From the NCBI RefSeq assembly GCF_000737315.1, contig NZ_JMCB01000001.1, positions 144,001-206,000 of the forward strand: a DNA stretch of 62,000 nucleotides. Reading direction: 5' to 3'. The stretch comes from Hyalangium minutum. Its GTDB lineage: Bacteria; Myxococcota; Myxococcia; Myxococcales; Myxococcaceae. Of the stretch, positions 61,707 to 62,000 are shown one piece after another (positions within the stretch are counted from its first letter, which is position 1; each line of letters opens with the position of its first letter). Made by a program: the position numbers and the translations under genes. The notes under the pieces were generated by a model that saw only the letters and a program-made list of their open reading frames with translations, searched no databases and had not been told where the DNA came from.

Positions 61707-62000
61707 TCAAGAGGCAGACGGCTCGGCGGCACCCTCTAGCGGGGCATCGTCGTCCGGCTCGCCCCGAGCGACATAGAGGGCCGCAGCCAGATCCCCGGTG
61801 ACGTTGAGGGTGGTGCGGCACATGTCCAGGAATCGATCCACGCCCAGGATGAGCCCAATACCCTCGGTGGGGATCTTGAACATGCCCAGGATCATCAGGA
61901 CGACCGGGAGTGAGCCCGCGGGGACGCCTGCGGTGCCGATACCCGCGAGCACACAGATGAACATGATGACCGCCTGATCCCCGAGGCTCAGGGGCACGCC
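61707..62000 (-). CDS. Dicarboxylate/amino acid:cation (DAACS) symporter, 3' end only
   Basis: GIGTAGVPAGS and ILGVDRFLDMCRTTLNVTGD; continues beyond the window. Confidence 0.9.
   Translation of the reverse strand, partial: GVPLSLGDQAVIMFICVLAGIGTAGVPAGSLPVVLMILGMFKIPTEGIGLILGVDRFLDMCRTTLNVTGDLAAALYVARGEPDDDAPLEGAAEPSAS

Overview
High-GC (~69%) myxobacterial-type DNA; the gene content resembles Cystobacterineae, but this is an inference. 1-14.2 kb: 3' end of a trans-AT polyketide synthase (DH-KR-cMT-ACP / KS0-ACP / KS-ACP / inactive TE / TE), followed by a MupA-type luciferase-like monooxygenase and an AT-ER fusion. 14.2-35.1 kb: an accessory block bracketed by two type II thioesterases. It holds a LolA-like/ABC export cassette, a YczE-type membrane protein, two ABC1/UbiB kinases, two Coq4-like proteins, two SDRs, a START/SRPBCC protein, two proteins of unknown function, and a stand-alone NRPS (A domain interrupted by an N-methyltransferase, PCP, Cys-type TE). 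35.2-39.9 kb: a five-gene operon with peptidoglycan-binding domains and a possible papain-fold effector. 40-46.3 kb: SnoaL-like gene, stand-alone fusA, RhlE-like helicase and Uup. 46.3-49.7 kb: a putative lipoprotein toxin/immunity island containing a truncated toxin remnant. 50-62 kb: mostly housekeeping genes (ABC-F, OM barrel, Ser/Thr kinase, OPT transporter, sugar dehydrogenase, SlyD, symporter). I found no tRNA, rRNA, CRISPR array or transposase. All family assignments come from recognising motifs by eye; no database searches were run.
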